Made by a program: the position numbers and the translations under genes. The notes below the pieces were generated by a model. The model was given only the letters and a program-made list of their open reading frames with translations, searched no databases and was not told where the DNA came from. Below are positions 40,440 through 52,121 of a stretch of DNA of 64,000 nucleotides, in pieces (positions within the stretch are counted from its first letter, which is position 1; the number at the start of each line of letters is the position of its first letter). Origin of the DNA: Anthoceros angustus (lineage: Eukaryota; Plantae; Anthocerotophyta); contig MU008176.1 of NCBI GenBank assembly GCA_010909165.1, forward strand, positions 1 to 64,000, given 5' to 3'.

Positions 40440-41190
40440 CGCCCGCTGGCGCGCCGCGGGCGCGCCGCGCTGCGCGCGCCGCGCCGCGCGCCGGGCGCCC
40501 GCGCGCTGCGCCGCGCGCCGCGCCGCGCGCCGCGCGCGCGCGCGGCCGCGCCCGCGGCCGCGCGCCAAGGCTGCGCCCGCGGCGCGCAAGGCCGCCCGCG
40601 GGCGCCGCGCGCTGCTGCACGCGCGCTGGCGGCGCCACGCGCTGCCAAGGCCGCGGGCGCTGCGGCGCGCCGGGCTCGCGCGCGCGCGCGCGGCTCGCGC
40701 CAAGGCGCGGGCGCGGCTCGCGCTGGCCGCGCGCCGCTGGCGCTGCGCGCCAAGGCCGCGGGCGCTGCGGCGCTGCGCGCTGCTGCGCTGGCGCTCAAGG
40801 CGCGGGCGCGCGCGCTGCGGGCGCGCTCAAGGCTGCGGGCGCTGCGCTCATGGGCCTCGGCGCGCGGGCGCCAAGGCGGCGCCGCGCCAAGGCCGCCCGC
40901 TGGCGCGCCGCGGGCGCTGCGCGCGCCGCGGGCGGCTGCGGCCGGCGCCACGCGCTGCGCCGGGCTGCGGCCGCGCCGGGCGCGCCGCGCGCGCCGCTGG
41001 CCGCGCCCGCGCGCTGCGCCGGGCGCTGCGCCCGGCCGCGGCCGCGCCGGCCGCGCGCCGCGGCTCGCGCCCGCGGCCGCGCTCGCGCGCTGCGCCGGCG
41101 CGCGCTCGCGCCGCGGCTCGCGCCTGCCCGCGCGCGCCGCGCTGCGCGCCGCGGGCGCGCGCGGCCGGGCGCGCCGCGCGCTGCGCGCGC
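40440..41190. repeat. extreme GC low-complexity tract in the copia 5' UTR
   Basis: About 750 bp almost entirely of GCGC/CCGC/GCTGC with a few CCAAGG islands. It lies between the PBS and the gag start. Confidence 0.85.
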
Positions 41191-41305
41191 GGTCTTGCCT
41201 CGCCACGCCTCATCTCGCCGCATCCGCAGCCTCGCCGCGATCCGATCACCCGCAGCCTAGAAAATTCTAGCATCACAACACAGCAAACCAAGGCTCGATA
41301 CCGCT

Positions 41306-41557
41306 TGAAGGATCGTGGCAGCCATGGTGGAAGAGGAGAGGAGGAGGCAAGAGTAGCTCTCTCACATTGAGATGAGGCTTGGAGGGTATTTATACCTCCA
41401 ATAGGGCTCCTAGAAGCTCCTAGGAAGCTCCACAAGAAGCTCCTAGGAAGGAGCACAAGAAGCTTCCTAGTGATTAGCTTAAGCTAATGATACTTAATCG
41501 ACACCTAACTTAGACTAAGTGTATTAGTCTAAGTATATTGGGCTTTAATACCCTACT
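41306..41557 (-). repeat. 5' LTR of the copia element
   Basis: Matches 36298-36540. It follows GCTCGATACCGCT, the reverse complement of a TGGTATCAGAGC-like PBS. Confidence 0.9.
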
Positions 41558-43429
41558 AAGGTCACCGGGTCCAGTTGAGGAAGGCGGAAGGGAAGCGTAT
41601 GGCCGGTAAGTCAGCTGGAGCGAAAGCGACGGAGTTGGACTGTGGAGCAACAACGGGCGGAGGTGACCGAGGCCCGCATCAAGTGACTATATCAATATCA
41701 AACCTGGTAGGAGGTGGTCCAACAAGCGGGCAGACTCGGCTCCGGCACCTATGGCGAAGGAGTATCAGATGCTCGGGCACGTGGAAGAGGCAATTCAACA
41801 AGTGGATTCGGACTTTGCCTATTACACGCCGAGCTCCTGGCAGAAGCCTCCCGCAACAGAAGACGGACTGGAAGGCTCAGAGGGGGAAGAAGGGCATGGG
41901 GACAGCACGGGGACTCTAGTGGCCCTGTTTGGAGACGACGGCAGCGGGGGAGAAGAGCCTCAAGAGGAGCGAGACGCAACGGACCTCAGGGTAAGTTCAC
42001 CGCAACCTGCTCGGGAGAAGGGAGGTGACGGCCCTGAAAGGGGCGCAGAAGGAGGGAGCCAACCCGACCCAAGACAAGGGTCGGGGGGTAGGGATGAGGA
42101 CCTAGCAGTACGAGGTCCACAGATAAGGGGTCCCGAGTTTGGGGACCGACCCCTGCAAGTCGGACCGAGGTCCGAACCCTCAGAGACGAGGCCGGACCCA
42201 GGACCCGGACCGGAAATAAGACGGACTCGAGCCAGACCGGAGTCGAGGCCTGACCGAGGTCCTGGACCTGCAAGAAGGAGGAGCCCCGCCGGCTTACGCT
42301 GGGAATGGCCGGTGGCCCCACCGGAGGGCCCACGGGAGGCCGTGGAGGATGACGTTGTGGTAGCGGTCGTCGGACCGCCCAGTATGTGACGGGATTCGGG
42401 AGAAAGGAGGGGTCCCGCCTCACGGATCATCCGATTAGGTGCCGCAAGCTGTCGGGCGGGAGATTGGACCACCAATCCCAAGGCGGAACCCGGGACCTTC
42501 CCGGCCCACAGAGCGAAGGAGATAGGGGAGGAAATAGGATGGTAGGCGGCGATTAGGGTATCTTGGTGGCCATCACCGTAATAGGTGTAATAAAGACGCC
42601 AACTCGGGCGTAGTATAAAGTGAGGCTGCCACAGATAAATCATCTTTCTCTTGGTGTTGATGCCGCCTGCACTTGTGTGTCTTCTTGCTAACGTGAGTCC
42701 CGCATCGAGGCAGGCGCCCTCCGGAGATTGATCGTGGTTCGTGACGGACCTAACGTGTTGTGGTGTGTGGAAGGGTGACCGGGATCCGTGCTCGTCTGCA
42801 GCCGCGCCCCGAACGGACCGAACGTGAGCCGAGGGACTCGGAGGGCGTCAGCCCACGGAGGCCCGGCGTAACGACGGATAAGGTCCGGACTGTAGCCCGC
42901 GCGGCCTTCCCTAAGACCGATAAGTGTAGTGAGTGGAGAGGAACGGACTAGAGGTGCGAGTGACGAACGCCTATACGGACGCGAACGGTCCTTAAACGCT
43001 TGGCCACACCGCCCGTAAGGTGAACGCTGGTAGTTAGACGCGAATCGATGAATGTGCGTTGAGACCGAACGGACGCAGTAAGAGAACACGAACGCGGCAA
43101 GCAGACTGTCATTCCCTTGGGAACGGACTCCTTCCTACAACGACACGGGATTGTGCGCGCCCGGCTGGCCGTCAGCGAAAGACGCGCCACATGCTCCGCT
43201 GAAGGAACTAAAAGGAGGGAGGCAGGAATGTCTTCCCACACTTCTCTGGGTGGCGAGGGGGTCCGTTCCAAACGTATGGAGTCCGGGATCCCCTCCCAAT
43301 CGTCCTCCTCCCGGACCCGCTTGGCCCTGGTCGGACGGCCTTCTGCCTCCTGCGTTCTTCCTTCACGCTCTGCTTAGGGCAGGGTCGCCAGTCCCTTCCG
43401 CAGCGCCCGCTCTTCTTCTCCTTCCTTCA

Positions 43430-44100
43430 GGAGGTTCATATGCCCCCACACATGGATAATAAACGGCAACAACGCCGACGGGGGTGGCTTCTCACTCCTC
43501 AACTTCCTGGCCTCCTGGTTGATTCTGGCGAAGATGATTCTTCCCCAGTCGGCCCGTTTCCCCCTCTACAGGGCGTGGAGGAACACCAATAGGTTGTCAC
43601 CAAGGTGGTCCACCTTGGTGAGCATGTTCCAATGGACGATGACCTTCGCCACCGCCCTCACCCGCCTGTCCAGCAGGTCCGACATCAACCAGCCGTTGGA
43701 GGACCGCGGCGTCCCCGGCCTCAACAGCGCCGCCCTTGCCGCTTCTATCTTGTCCCTCACCTTGAGGGGCTCCGGAACTATGCCCCCAATTTCTTCAACT
43801 GGGCGGTTGTAAACCGCCCTCAGGACCTGCACGGTCCACCTCCTGGGGTCCTGCCTCAGGCTCTTGGAGCGGACATTTTCCGAGCGTATTCTCGTTAGGG
43901 GTCGCTGGGTTGGTCCGTGATGTGAAAATATCCAGCGCCTTCCACCGCCTCCTCCGCCTCCGCCAACCAAGGTCCAAAGTCTGGGTAGCGCTTGGTGACG
44001 ATGTTCCGTTCCACTAGGCGCCAGGGCTCCCACACTTCCGCCGCCTTCTTGGGCCCCATTGCCTCCTTGTTCCAGCTGTTGGGGGTCGAGGCTCAACAAT
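43430..44100 (-). pseudogene. retroelement-associated unknown ORF, homolog 4
   Basis: ORF 43566-44321 ends VIVHWNMLTKVDHLGDNLLVFLHAL. After a frameshift it continues EGGKRADWGRIIFARINQEARKL..PSALLPFIIHVWG. Confidence 0.6.
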
Positions 44101-44327
44101 CTTCCGCTCTCGTCACCGGCCGCTTCCAACCACGAGGAGGAACCGCTCGCAAGGGTGCTTGGGCGCTTGAAGAGACAACGCCAGAGAGAGCCGGTGTTGT
44201 GCCGAGAGATCGAAACCGCGAGGTCGCTTGGAAGAATGACCTTCGCCCGGCCGCAAAGATCGAGAGTAACCGTAGCTGGAGGGCGCTCTTCGCTGCCCAT
44301 AACCGCCGTGAGGCCTCGCATGGCTTA

Positions 44328-44430
44328 CTAGCCTTACGCCGCGCATTTAGCCTCTTGCCACTGCATTTAGCCTTACGCCGCCGCGTACTCTAGCCTTACG
44401 CTGCCGCGTACTCTAGCCTTACGCTAGCGC
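44328..44430. repeat. ~22-23 bp tandem repeat (TAGCCTTACGCCGCCGCGTACTC-like), ~4-5 copies
   Basis: Read directly from the sequence. Confidence 0.7.
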
Positions 44431-44849
44431 CTTGTACTCGGAGCGTGAATACCTGCCTATAACGGCCACTGGCAACCCTACGGCCCTGGTCCGCTGCATG
44501 CCTGTCCACCTCTCAGCACCGTCCATGTGGCTCCTTCTGCTCAAAATACGCTCCCAACTCCCAAGTTACTTTACTTGGCGTTCTTATCCCGACTTACTCC
44601 GTAGCGTAATTCGGACTTACCGTGGTGTACTCCGGAGTGCGGGCCGATCATCCGGAAAAGTAGCCTCCCGAGTGCGGTCCGAGCCTTCTCGCCTACTCCG
44701 GAGTGTAGTCCGGAGTACTCCGACCTTATTTCTCCCTTTCCGCCTTATTTTCTACTCCACACCTACGAAAAAAAACAAAACCTAGCTTATTACCTACCCA
44801 AGGGAAGAGTCCGTAGTCCACACTCACAATTCCTCTAGGATGCTCCCGA

Positions 44850-45620
44850 AGATGATGTTGAGGTAACGAATGCTCCGCACCCCAAGCATGGGTTTCTCCA
44901 TAGGTAGTAACCTGTTGGCCCCAAACACCCGAGAAGTCCTGTGAGGAATCTCACCCCTGGCCACTGCCGCCGCCAGAATGAAGAGCTCCGAGAAACCACT
45001 AGAAGGATCCTCGGGAGCAAAGTAATCTCGAAGGTGATCATAGACTGTCCCAAACATACCACCTGAAGAAAGCCGTGGGGCAATGGAAAGAGCCCTACCA
45101 AAGACCATCGAGACAAAAAGGCTCCTCTGGCATGTAATCCAGGAGATCCTGTGGAATGAGGTCATCTGGGGCCGGGTGAAGGGCACGGAGCGTAGAGATG
45201 GTGTCCTTGGAGGCTAGCGCCACCGGCTCCGGGCAAAGTGCCGGGGCAGCCTTGGTATATTCCCCAGCACAGCCTAACAAGAGACACTCTTGAGTCATGC
45301 CTTGGTAGGGTCTTGACAGACCCAATCCACCTTGGCAACCTCCACCTTGGATCTCAGTGCGCGCCCCCCCTCCTCCTGCAGAGCTTTCCAGTCCCCGGCC
45401 CGAAACCGACGGAGACAAGACGCCACCTTCCTATGGCCGGAAGAACCATCCCTAGAGTGACGAAGACGTAAGGCGATCTGGAGGAAGTCGGTAGGCAAGG
45501 CGAACGTCGTCATGCAAGCGCCTCAGGAGACACCGAAAAATGTAGGGTCCCGGAAAACGTGCTTCGAATAGGGTGAGTAGACGATCCAATTGCATTCACA
45601 ACCACTGCTAGGACTGCGGT
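44850..45620 (-). pseudogene. CRE-clade (RLE-type) non-LTR retrotransposon fragment, pre-RT and RT N-terminus
   Basis: LRRFRAGDWKALQEE (45295-45513), GEYTKAAPAL..DTISTLRALHP (45095-45418), SSGGMFGTVYDHLRD..VARGEIP..FGANRLLPMEKPMLGVRSI (44824-45186). These follow the CRE/ZEPP pattern SAPGPSG..EHL..G.LP..A.RL.AL.KP.GGVRPI. Confidence 0.7.
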
Positions 45621-45819
45621 GGGCCAAGGGGAGCATCCAAACTCGGAGCTAGATGTATAGCCCCACTAGAAGGGGGCTTATCCATGGTCACAATCATTTT
45701 ATTATCACCCTTTTCATGCAAACACCACACATATTATAAGACTATTAATTAGTATTTAAACCTCATATTTTAATAAAATAAACAATAAATTATTTATATA
45801 GCAAAAATGAAAAACATAC

Positions 45820-46090
45820 TGCATTATTAGTACATCCAAGGTATTATATTGCATTGAAAAAATCATATATATATATTTTAAATAAAATAAGAAAACAATA
45901 CATTATAGTGCATCCAAACCAAAATATTGTTTGTATATCATAATCAAGAATGCAATGCATTATATGGATCTAAAAGCTACATATTACACCAAAACAAGTA
46001 GACAAAGCATTATAATGCATCCAAACCAAAATATGTAAACATGGCCAAAACCAATAGGCAATCATTATAATGGACCAAAATCTAAAAAAT
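45820..46090. repeat. AT-rich dispersed repeat CATTATA(A/G)TGCATCCAAACC-like, ~5 copies
   Basis: Copies near 45821, 45900, 45957, 46008 and 46062. Confidence 0.5.
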
Positions 46091-47812
46091 GGTTCGGCCA
46101 AAAAAATAGTTAGTGAATGCTATTGTGTTATTGTAACACTTATAAACACACCTAAATCAAATCTGTGGGAAAATGAAAAGTACCCATAAGTGGCGGTGAG
46201 GTGGGTGCACTTGCAGGCTCAATGTTTGAGGTGGGCGTCTTCATGCTAGCTTTCCTCGACTTCTTTGTCCGATTCTCCTGGTGGCATCATGAAGAAAATT
46301 TTAATATAGGTAGCAGGGTTTGAAATTAGGGTTGTATTATTTACTTGAGTTGGACTCTTCCAGCCTTTCACGCACACAGCTTTCTTGAGCTCCTTAGTTC
46401 TTCCCCAAATTTGATCTAAGGTAAATAACCGAGCTTTCAACTACTATTCCTTGGTGGGCATCCCTTCTTCCCTTGTAATCCCTTTAAGCTCCTCCCATTT
46501 TTCCGCGACTGTTACAACATGCCTCTTTTGGGCATGTTCTCGATTCTGATGCATCTTTAGAGTCACCGTGTTGGTGATTGTCCCAGGGAGCTTGTCATGA
46601 TAAGAATAGCGCAAGCACGCGTAATCGTACTGCAGCATCTTGTGGACTCTCAATGTCGCCATCTTATAGTGCACATCGAGCTTAGCAACTTACAACTCAA
46701 AATTGGAAGAAGCCATTCTAGCACATACAAGGAGACCAGTATACCTAAAAATAAAAAACCAAAATGAATGATTGAAATAAGTTATAAGATTAAAAAATAA
46801 CGATAAATCATTAGAAATAAATATTAAAATGAAAATACATACCTTGAAATGAGCCTCCCCACGCGGAAACCCTAAACTCAAGCCCTTAAAAACGCTCCCG
46901 AACGAGACGCCGTACTCGAGCTCCGAGAAGTGCGCAGCCGTCCATACTGTAGCCCCGCTACTAAATCGATGGTTTCCGGGCCATTTGTGCCCGAATGGTT
47001 TGTAGGGAGAGAGAGCGGAAACCGGGACCCGATCCCTCCAGGGGCCATCGTGGCACCTAAAAGGCGGGCCCGCCGGGGAGCGAACGCCCTGGAGGGCTGC
47101 TATGTAACAGGGCCTTCGAGCAAGGGTCAAGGAGTGGTTCAAGGCAGTCTACAAATCTCTGTCCCAGCTTTGCACATTTGGGAAACCTCTGGACAAGGAA
47201 ACGCAAGAGGTTTTCGAAACGTGCTGCCACAAAAGACATCGTGGCTTTGAAATTGGAGCAACATTTGTGAAGGAGCATGCCATCCAACGAGCCTAATTGA
47301 CCCGGATCCAGACTGAAACTTTCAGCAAGACAAAAGCGTGGCTCAGGCACATTCCTCATATTGAGCTACCCTTAACCTTGCAAGCCTCGCATTCACGGCT
47401 TCCTTGAATGCTTGTTTGACAGACCATGGGGCCCAGGCCTGGCATAGCTCCGATTTCGTGGAACCACATGCTGGCAATCAGTTTCCTGACTAGTAGGTTC
47501 GTGAAGACGAGCTTACTACATTCCAACGTGTCACAGACCTGAGGTTTTTCAGAGAGATTGTACAACTCAGCATGGACCACATTGAGGTTTACTTGTTACA
47601 GGACTGAGACACAGATGGCAACATAACACGTTCTTCTCGGATGTGCTTTTGTTCCGTGCACGTAGTGTACCGATCAAGTAATGTTGCACAGAACATAATA
47701 GGTAGCAGATTTCCATTCAACGAGCATGTAATGTACAATTGGCACCTTTGATCACGGTGGTAAGCTGCCAGGAGAACGATAAGAATCTGGAGAACAACAG
47801 AAAGCCCTACAC

Positions 47813-48610
47813 TTAAGCGCCGGGGGTGAAGTTGGTGGCATAAGCCCAAGCATTGTTGACAGTGGGATCAGCCAAATGGTCAGAAAGGTTCTCGATGGGG
47901 CCCTTTCCAGTGACGATGGCCTGGACGTAGAAACCGAACATGGAGAACATGGCCAGCCGCCCGTTCTTCAGCTCCTTCACCTTGAGCTCAGCGAAGGTGT
48001 CGGGGTCGTCAGCCAGACCCAAGGGGTCGAACGAGCCTCCGGGGTACAGGGGATCGCTCACATCACCCAACGGTCCTCCAGCCACACGGTAAGCCTCCAC
48101 AGCTCCCATGAGGATCACCTGGGTAGCCCAGATTGCCAGAATGCTCTGAGCGTGAACCAGGCTCGGGTTCCCCAGATAATCCAGCCCGCCCTCAGCGAAG
48201 ATCTGAGACCCAGCCTTGAACCACACGGACTCTCCGAAGGAAACCCCGTTCCTGGCCAGAAGCTCGGGGGTGACGCAACCCAATGTTCCCAGCATCGCCC
48301 ACCGAGCATGAATCACCTCAAGCTCCCGGTTCCTGGCGAATGTCTCAGGATCGGCGGACAATCCAGCAGTGTCCCAGCCGTAGTCGCCGGGGAACTCTCC
48401 CTTCAGATAAGATGGCGTCTCGCCGGAGAAGGGTCCCAGCCACAGAGGCCGATCGGCCCCATACCAGATGCTGGAGCTGGAGCCGGCCGACTTCCTCATC
48501 TGGAGCTTGGACTCAGCGCTGCCTGCAGCATTCAGGATCTCGCTGCGCTGCCTGAACACAGTCTGCCCGGCGAGGGCAGCACTGGAGGCGCATGCTGTGG
48601 CGGCCGCCAT
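47813..48610 (-). CDS. Lhcb: major LHCII chlorophyll a/b-binding protein, copy 1, intronless, 265 aa
   Basis: Intact ORF with [51 protein letters not shown] and [29 protein letters not shown]. Confidence 0.98.
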   Translation of the reverse strand: MAAATACASSAALAGQTVFRQRSEILNAAGSAESKLQMRKSAGSSSSIWYGADRPLWLGPFSGETPSYLKGEFPGDYGWDTAGLSADPETFARNRELEVIHARWAMLGTLGCVTPELLARNGVSFGESVWFKAGSQIFAEGGLDYLGNPSLVHAQSILAIWATQVILMGAVEAYRVAGGPLGDVSDPLYPGGSFDPLGLADDPDTFAELKVKELKNGRLAMFSMFGFYVQAIVTGKGPIENLSDHLADPTVNNAWAYATNFTPGA

Positions 48611-50128
48611 TGCTACTGAGCTTCGAAATTCGAGGGATGGGGGGAGCTTGGCTAATGAGAGAACCGGCAGAGGGGAAGGACAGAACTGTTTGCTCCCTCA
48701 CGGAAGCCTCTGTATGTGTACTCACTCTTGGTCTCGCCTGATTCGCTGCCGGTGGATAGGATAGGGCTGATATTCTTCGCATCAGATAGCGCTCCGGGAT
48801 TGGGCATTTCTAGCATCGCCACGCTTGCCGTTTCCCAGGCTCTCAGACCCTGCTAGACTGGTGGCTCCCAGGCTCCGAGCATGTGGAATCTCGATTCGAG
48901 CGTGTCGAATTTTTACATACCATCAAAACAAGAGAAGAAGAAGAATTTTATTGAAGTCCACTAAGGACAGATTTCCGTCAAGGGACTTGGAACTTAACAA
49001 CTTGTACCCTGGTGTGCCTAAGCTACTTGCACCAATGGCATCCACTCCCTTTAGCCACCCCATCTAACTACCGATCTAAGCTCAGGATGCTTAATCACCA
49101 GGTTCTTATAAATGTGTGTCCATTTGGACACACATAAGAGTATCTACCCTGTACGCATCAGTTGCATGATTATTTAGTTTTTGAACTAAGGTCTTCCAAG
49201 ACACGAATGAGGAAAGGGGTAGGTAGTCAGATTAATGTGTTCATGTGTGCATCCATGCGCATGGCTTGGCATGGATATGTGTCCCCATAAGCATGTGTGA
49301 TGTGTGTGTGATGTATGTGCGGTGTGCATCAAGAGGGCAAACCATCTGTGAGTCACGGCGGTATTATTGCCCAATCACCGGCAACGGGCGATATGGCGCG
49401 ATTCGGAGTTGAGCGTCACGGCGCCCGATGCGGACACCCGCGATTCAGCAAGAACGCCGAGTGCGTGGGTAGATAAAGGGCTAGAGGCCGCGTAGGAAGT
49501 TGGATTGCTGATGTTTGTTCGATTGAACAGCCATACGGATCCCGGGGTTCTTTCATGGTGCGAGCTCTAGTAAAGGGAGAGTGAGGGCTTTTTGCCAAGA
49601 TTCAGGCGAGAACATATTTTCAGATCAGCAATCCCTTTTCGGAGCTTAGCCTGGCAGCTGCATCAAAGAACGGCGGATGACCCAGGCGGAACGCCGACGG
49701 AAGGACCGTGACACAACCAAGATAAGTCAATGGTGGAAGTTTATGAGAATGCTATAGATTATTCTGTGTTGTCTTATGCGGGTCGATCCATTCTTCACCT
49801 GGCCGCCTTGGCGGAACTAGAACCTGCGTATCTATGGCAGAGACTGTGGGACGAAGTGATTGACAAGCTGGCCTGGCTAACGGACTGGACTCAAGGAGGC
49901 ACCAACACCGACTTTGATGGAATGCCGTACATAGTCTCTCACAGAGGAAGAGAGTGAGAGGGTGATGGTGTTTCTACGCTCTGGTTGGACAAACGAAAGA
50001 CACCCATTCAAGAAGCTCGCAGTCCTACTGTCCAATATCCCTCAGTCTATAGGCTAGGTGGTCGGTTTGAGTGGAGTCAAAGCCCCATCCGCTCCATCAC
50101 ATTTGAAGAAAGTTGTGGCGGAGCAAGA

Positions 50129-50860
50129 ATGGAGTACGAGGCAGCGCCCAGCAAGAATGATGTGTTCACCGGTCGGCATGGTAGCATGTCACTTGCCGAC
50201 TTTGAAGAGAAGTTCAGGTGGGCAATCGATGAGATGGTGCTCAAATACAAATCTGAGTTCACACCCGAAATGGCGTTAAGAAAAATGAGCACCTTCCTAG
50301 AAGGGGAAGCGCTGACTTGTTACAGGGACTGCAAGGATCAAATCTTGCAAGATACACGGACTTTGGCGAGGGCAAGAAGGGCCAAGAAGATGTCAAAGGG
50401 AAGTGAAGAGGAGGAGGCGTCCAGCTCTATGCAAGGTGATGCAATCACGTATCTAGTGATGAAATGTTTGCCAAGTTTGGGGAGATGTTTCCGGTGTCCT
50501 CCATAGAAAAGATCCAAGAACTGTCAAAGTTCGTCATCAAGCCCAATGAACCTCTCAGGTCCGCCTACCAAGTTAAGGCAATTGGTGAAGGATACACGAG
50601 TGAAGACGATGCGAGAAGCTGCCCAGATATACATAGCCGCGCTTCCGGGCAGACAAAGGAGAGTGATCGCCAATTTCCTTCACATGATGCACGGTGCTGA
50701 TTATGAGTTGGAGCAGGCCTACGAGATGGCTGAAAAGGTCATGAAAGGTGATGCTGTGACCAGCGCGTACCGGGAAGAACATAACCTAGTCAGGACACAT
50801 CAACCTGCCTCGAACACACACCGGTTCCAAGGAAGAAACATGCCTCGTGAGCCGACGTAG
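50129..50860 (+). pseudogene. gag-like region
   Basis: VFTGRHGSMSLADFEEKF..STFLEGEALTCY..FGEMFPVSSIEKIQELSKFVIKPNEPLRSAY..YIAALP..LEQAYEMAEK fits the retrotransposon capsid pattern. Frameshifted. Confidence 0.6.
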
Positions 50861-51449
50861 GCAAGCGCTATGCGAAGGAGTTCACCCACTAAGGAGCGCC
50901 AACGATGACGCTGAGGCAACGGTAAAGTGCCTCACGTGGGGCCGATAAAGCCTTCGAAATATATCGACTCGATGGAGCAAAGGAAAAGGAGGCATGCAGA
51001 GCCTATGCCAAGACAGGGCACACGGAGGCAAAGATGTCGGCAGGCACCCCAATTCAAACCTAAAGCATCTGAGGCGGGTCGCGACAAAGCTAAGCCGATG
51101 TGGTTATACCCGGAAAGCGTTTAGCGGCGCACAGCCGCAAGAACCGGCAATGGGCATGAGTGCGACAGGGAGTCCAAGTGCGCCTATCGAAGAATATGAC
51201 TCGGACACGGAGGTATACGCATTGATGGCCCCAAGGGCAGCGGCTGGTGAGAACGTCAGCACGAGCTTGGGAGATTTTATTCAAAGGAAGAAGTCTGAGG
51301 AAAGAAACTTCGTGCAAGCCTGGATGAGGAAGGAGTCTCTGGGAGGAGGCGTGGTACCTGGACTTGTTAGTTTACGAGGTGATCATCTAAAACCGACAGC
51401 GTGAGGCAAAGGAGGCATCGCCATGGTGAACAATCGTAACCGGAAATCA

Positions 51450-51720
51450 CCGCGATGGCTTCGCTGTATCGCTTGGTCGACACCGTGTGGATCCGGCAAG
51501 GCGGTGGCAGCAGCGCCAACCGTATGGAAGTAAGTCGGGTTAAGGCGAGGTGCGATCACCACCTCCGCAGGGACTAAGGAGCAGGTGATTGGCATAACTC
51601 GCGATCCAGTACGAATCGAGCTCAAACTAGGCACCGAAGACTCCACTGTCATTGAAGTGCGATGCTTAGTGTCTGATGCCAGAAATTACGACGTGTTGCT
51701 CGGTGCTGACGCCACTCATG
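51450..51720 (+). pseudogene. aspartic protease domain
   Basis: LVDT(G) at ~51471-51485 and VRCLVSDARNYDVLLGAD at ~51655-51710. Confidence 0.7.
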
Positions 51721-52121
51721 GTCCGGCGATGGGGGTGGACCCATTGCACCCGTAGCCTTACACCACGATGGCAAGGAAGGAGATTTCACATGTGGCGAGG
51801 ATACCATTGGACATGCGCGGCGGATGAATAAATGTTATGATGGCACTTCACAAAGATGTGGCGCAGAAGTGCATCAAGTGAGGTATGGGAGGAAAACCAG
51901 GACCTGATGAGGGAGGAAGTACAGGACGAACGACAAGTCGGAAAATGCATGCATGTCAAGACAACTCCTATGTTGTCGCTGCATTGGCAAGAGGCGGTTC
52001 GAAAGGATGCCCAAGGCATGGCAGTGGTAGTGGCGCTTGGAGGGCTACTTGTCACCGCACCCCCGAATAAGGCGGACTGCGAATCAACAATGATGTGGTA
52101 CGATGGCAGGCGGACACACGT

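Larger units (their letters stand above)
36298..41557 (-). mobile_element. near-complete Ty1/copia LTR retrotransposon (Tnt1/Tork-like), pol frameshifted
   Basis: Two ~245 bp LTRs (36298-36540, 41306-~41557), PPT at 36541-36547 and a tRNA-iMet PBS variant at 41293-41303. Domain order is gag (39.5-40.4 kb), protease WIIDS(G)ASFHVTP (~39430-39460), integrase FVTFIDDFSRKVWVY and KLAPKSKKCIFLGY, RT LYGLKQAP..LYVDDML, then RNase H. Confidence 0.92.

Noticed and set aside
40342-41456. Multiple 200-330 aa Ala/Arg-rich ORFs on both strands
   Set aside because: They result from a stop-free GC low-complexity tract and are not genes.
49050-50128. 5' LTR and PBS of the DNMT-gypsy
   Set aside because: No second copy or convincing tRNA-complementary PBS was found, so the boundaries are left undefined.
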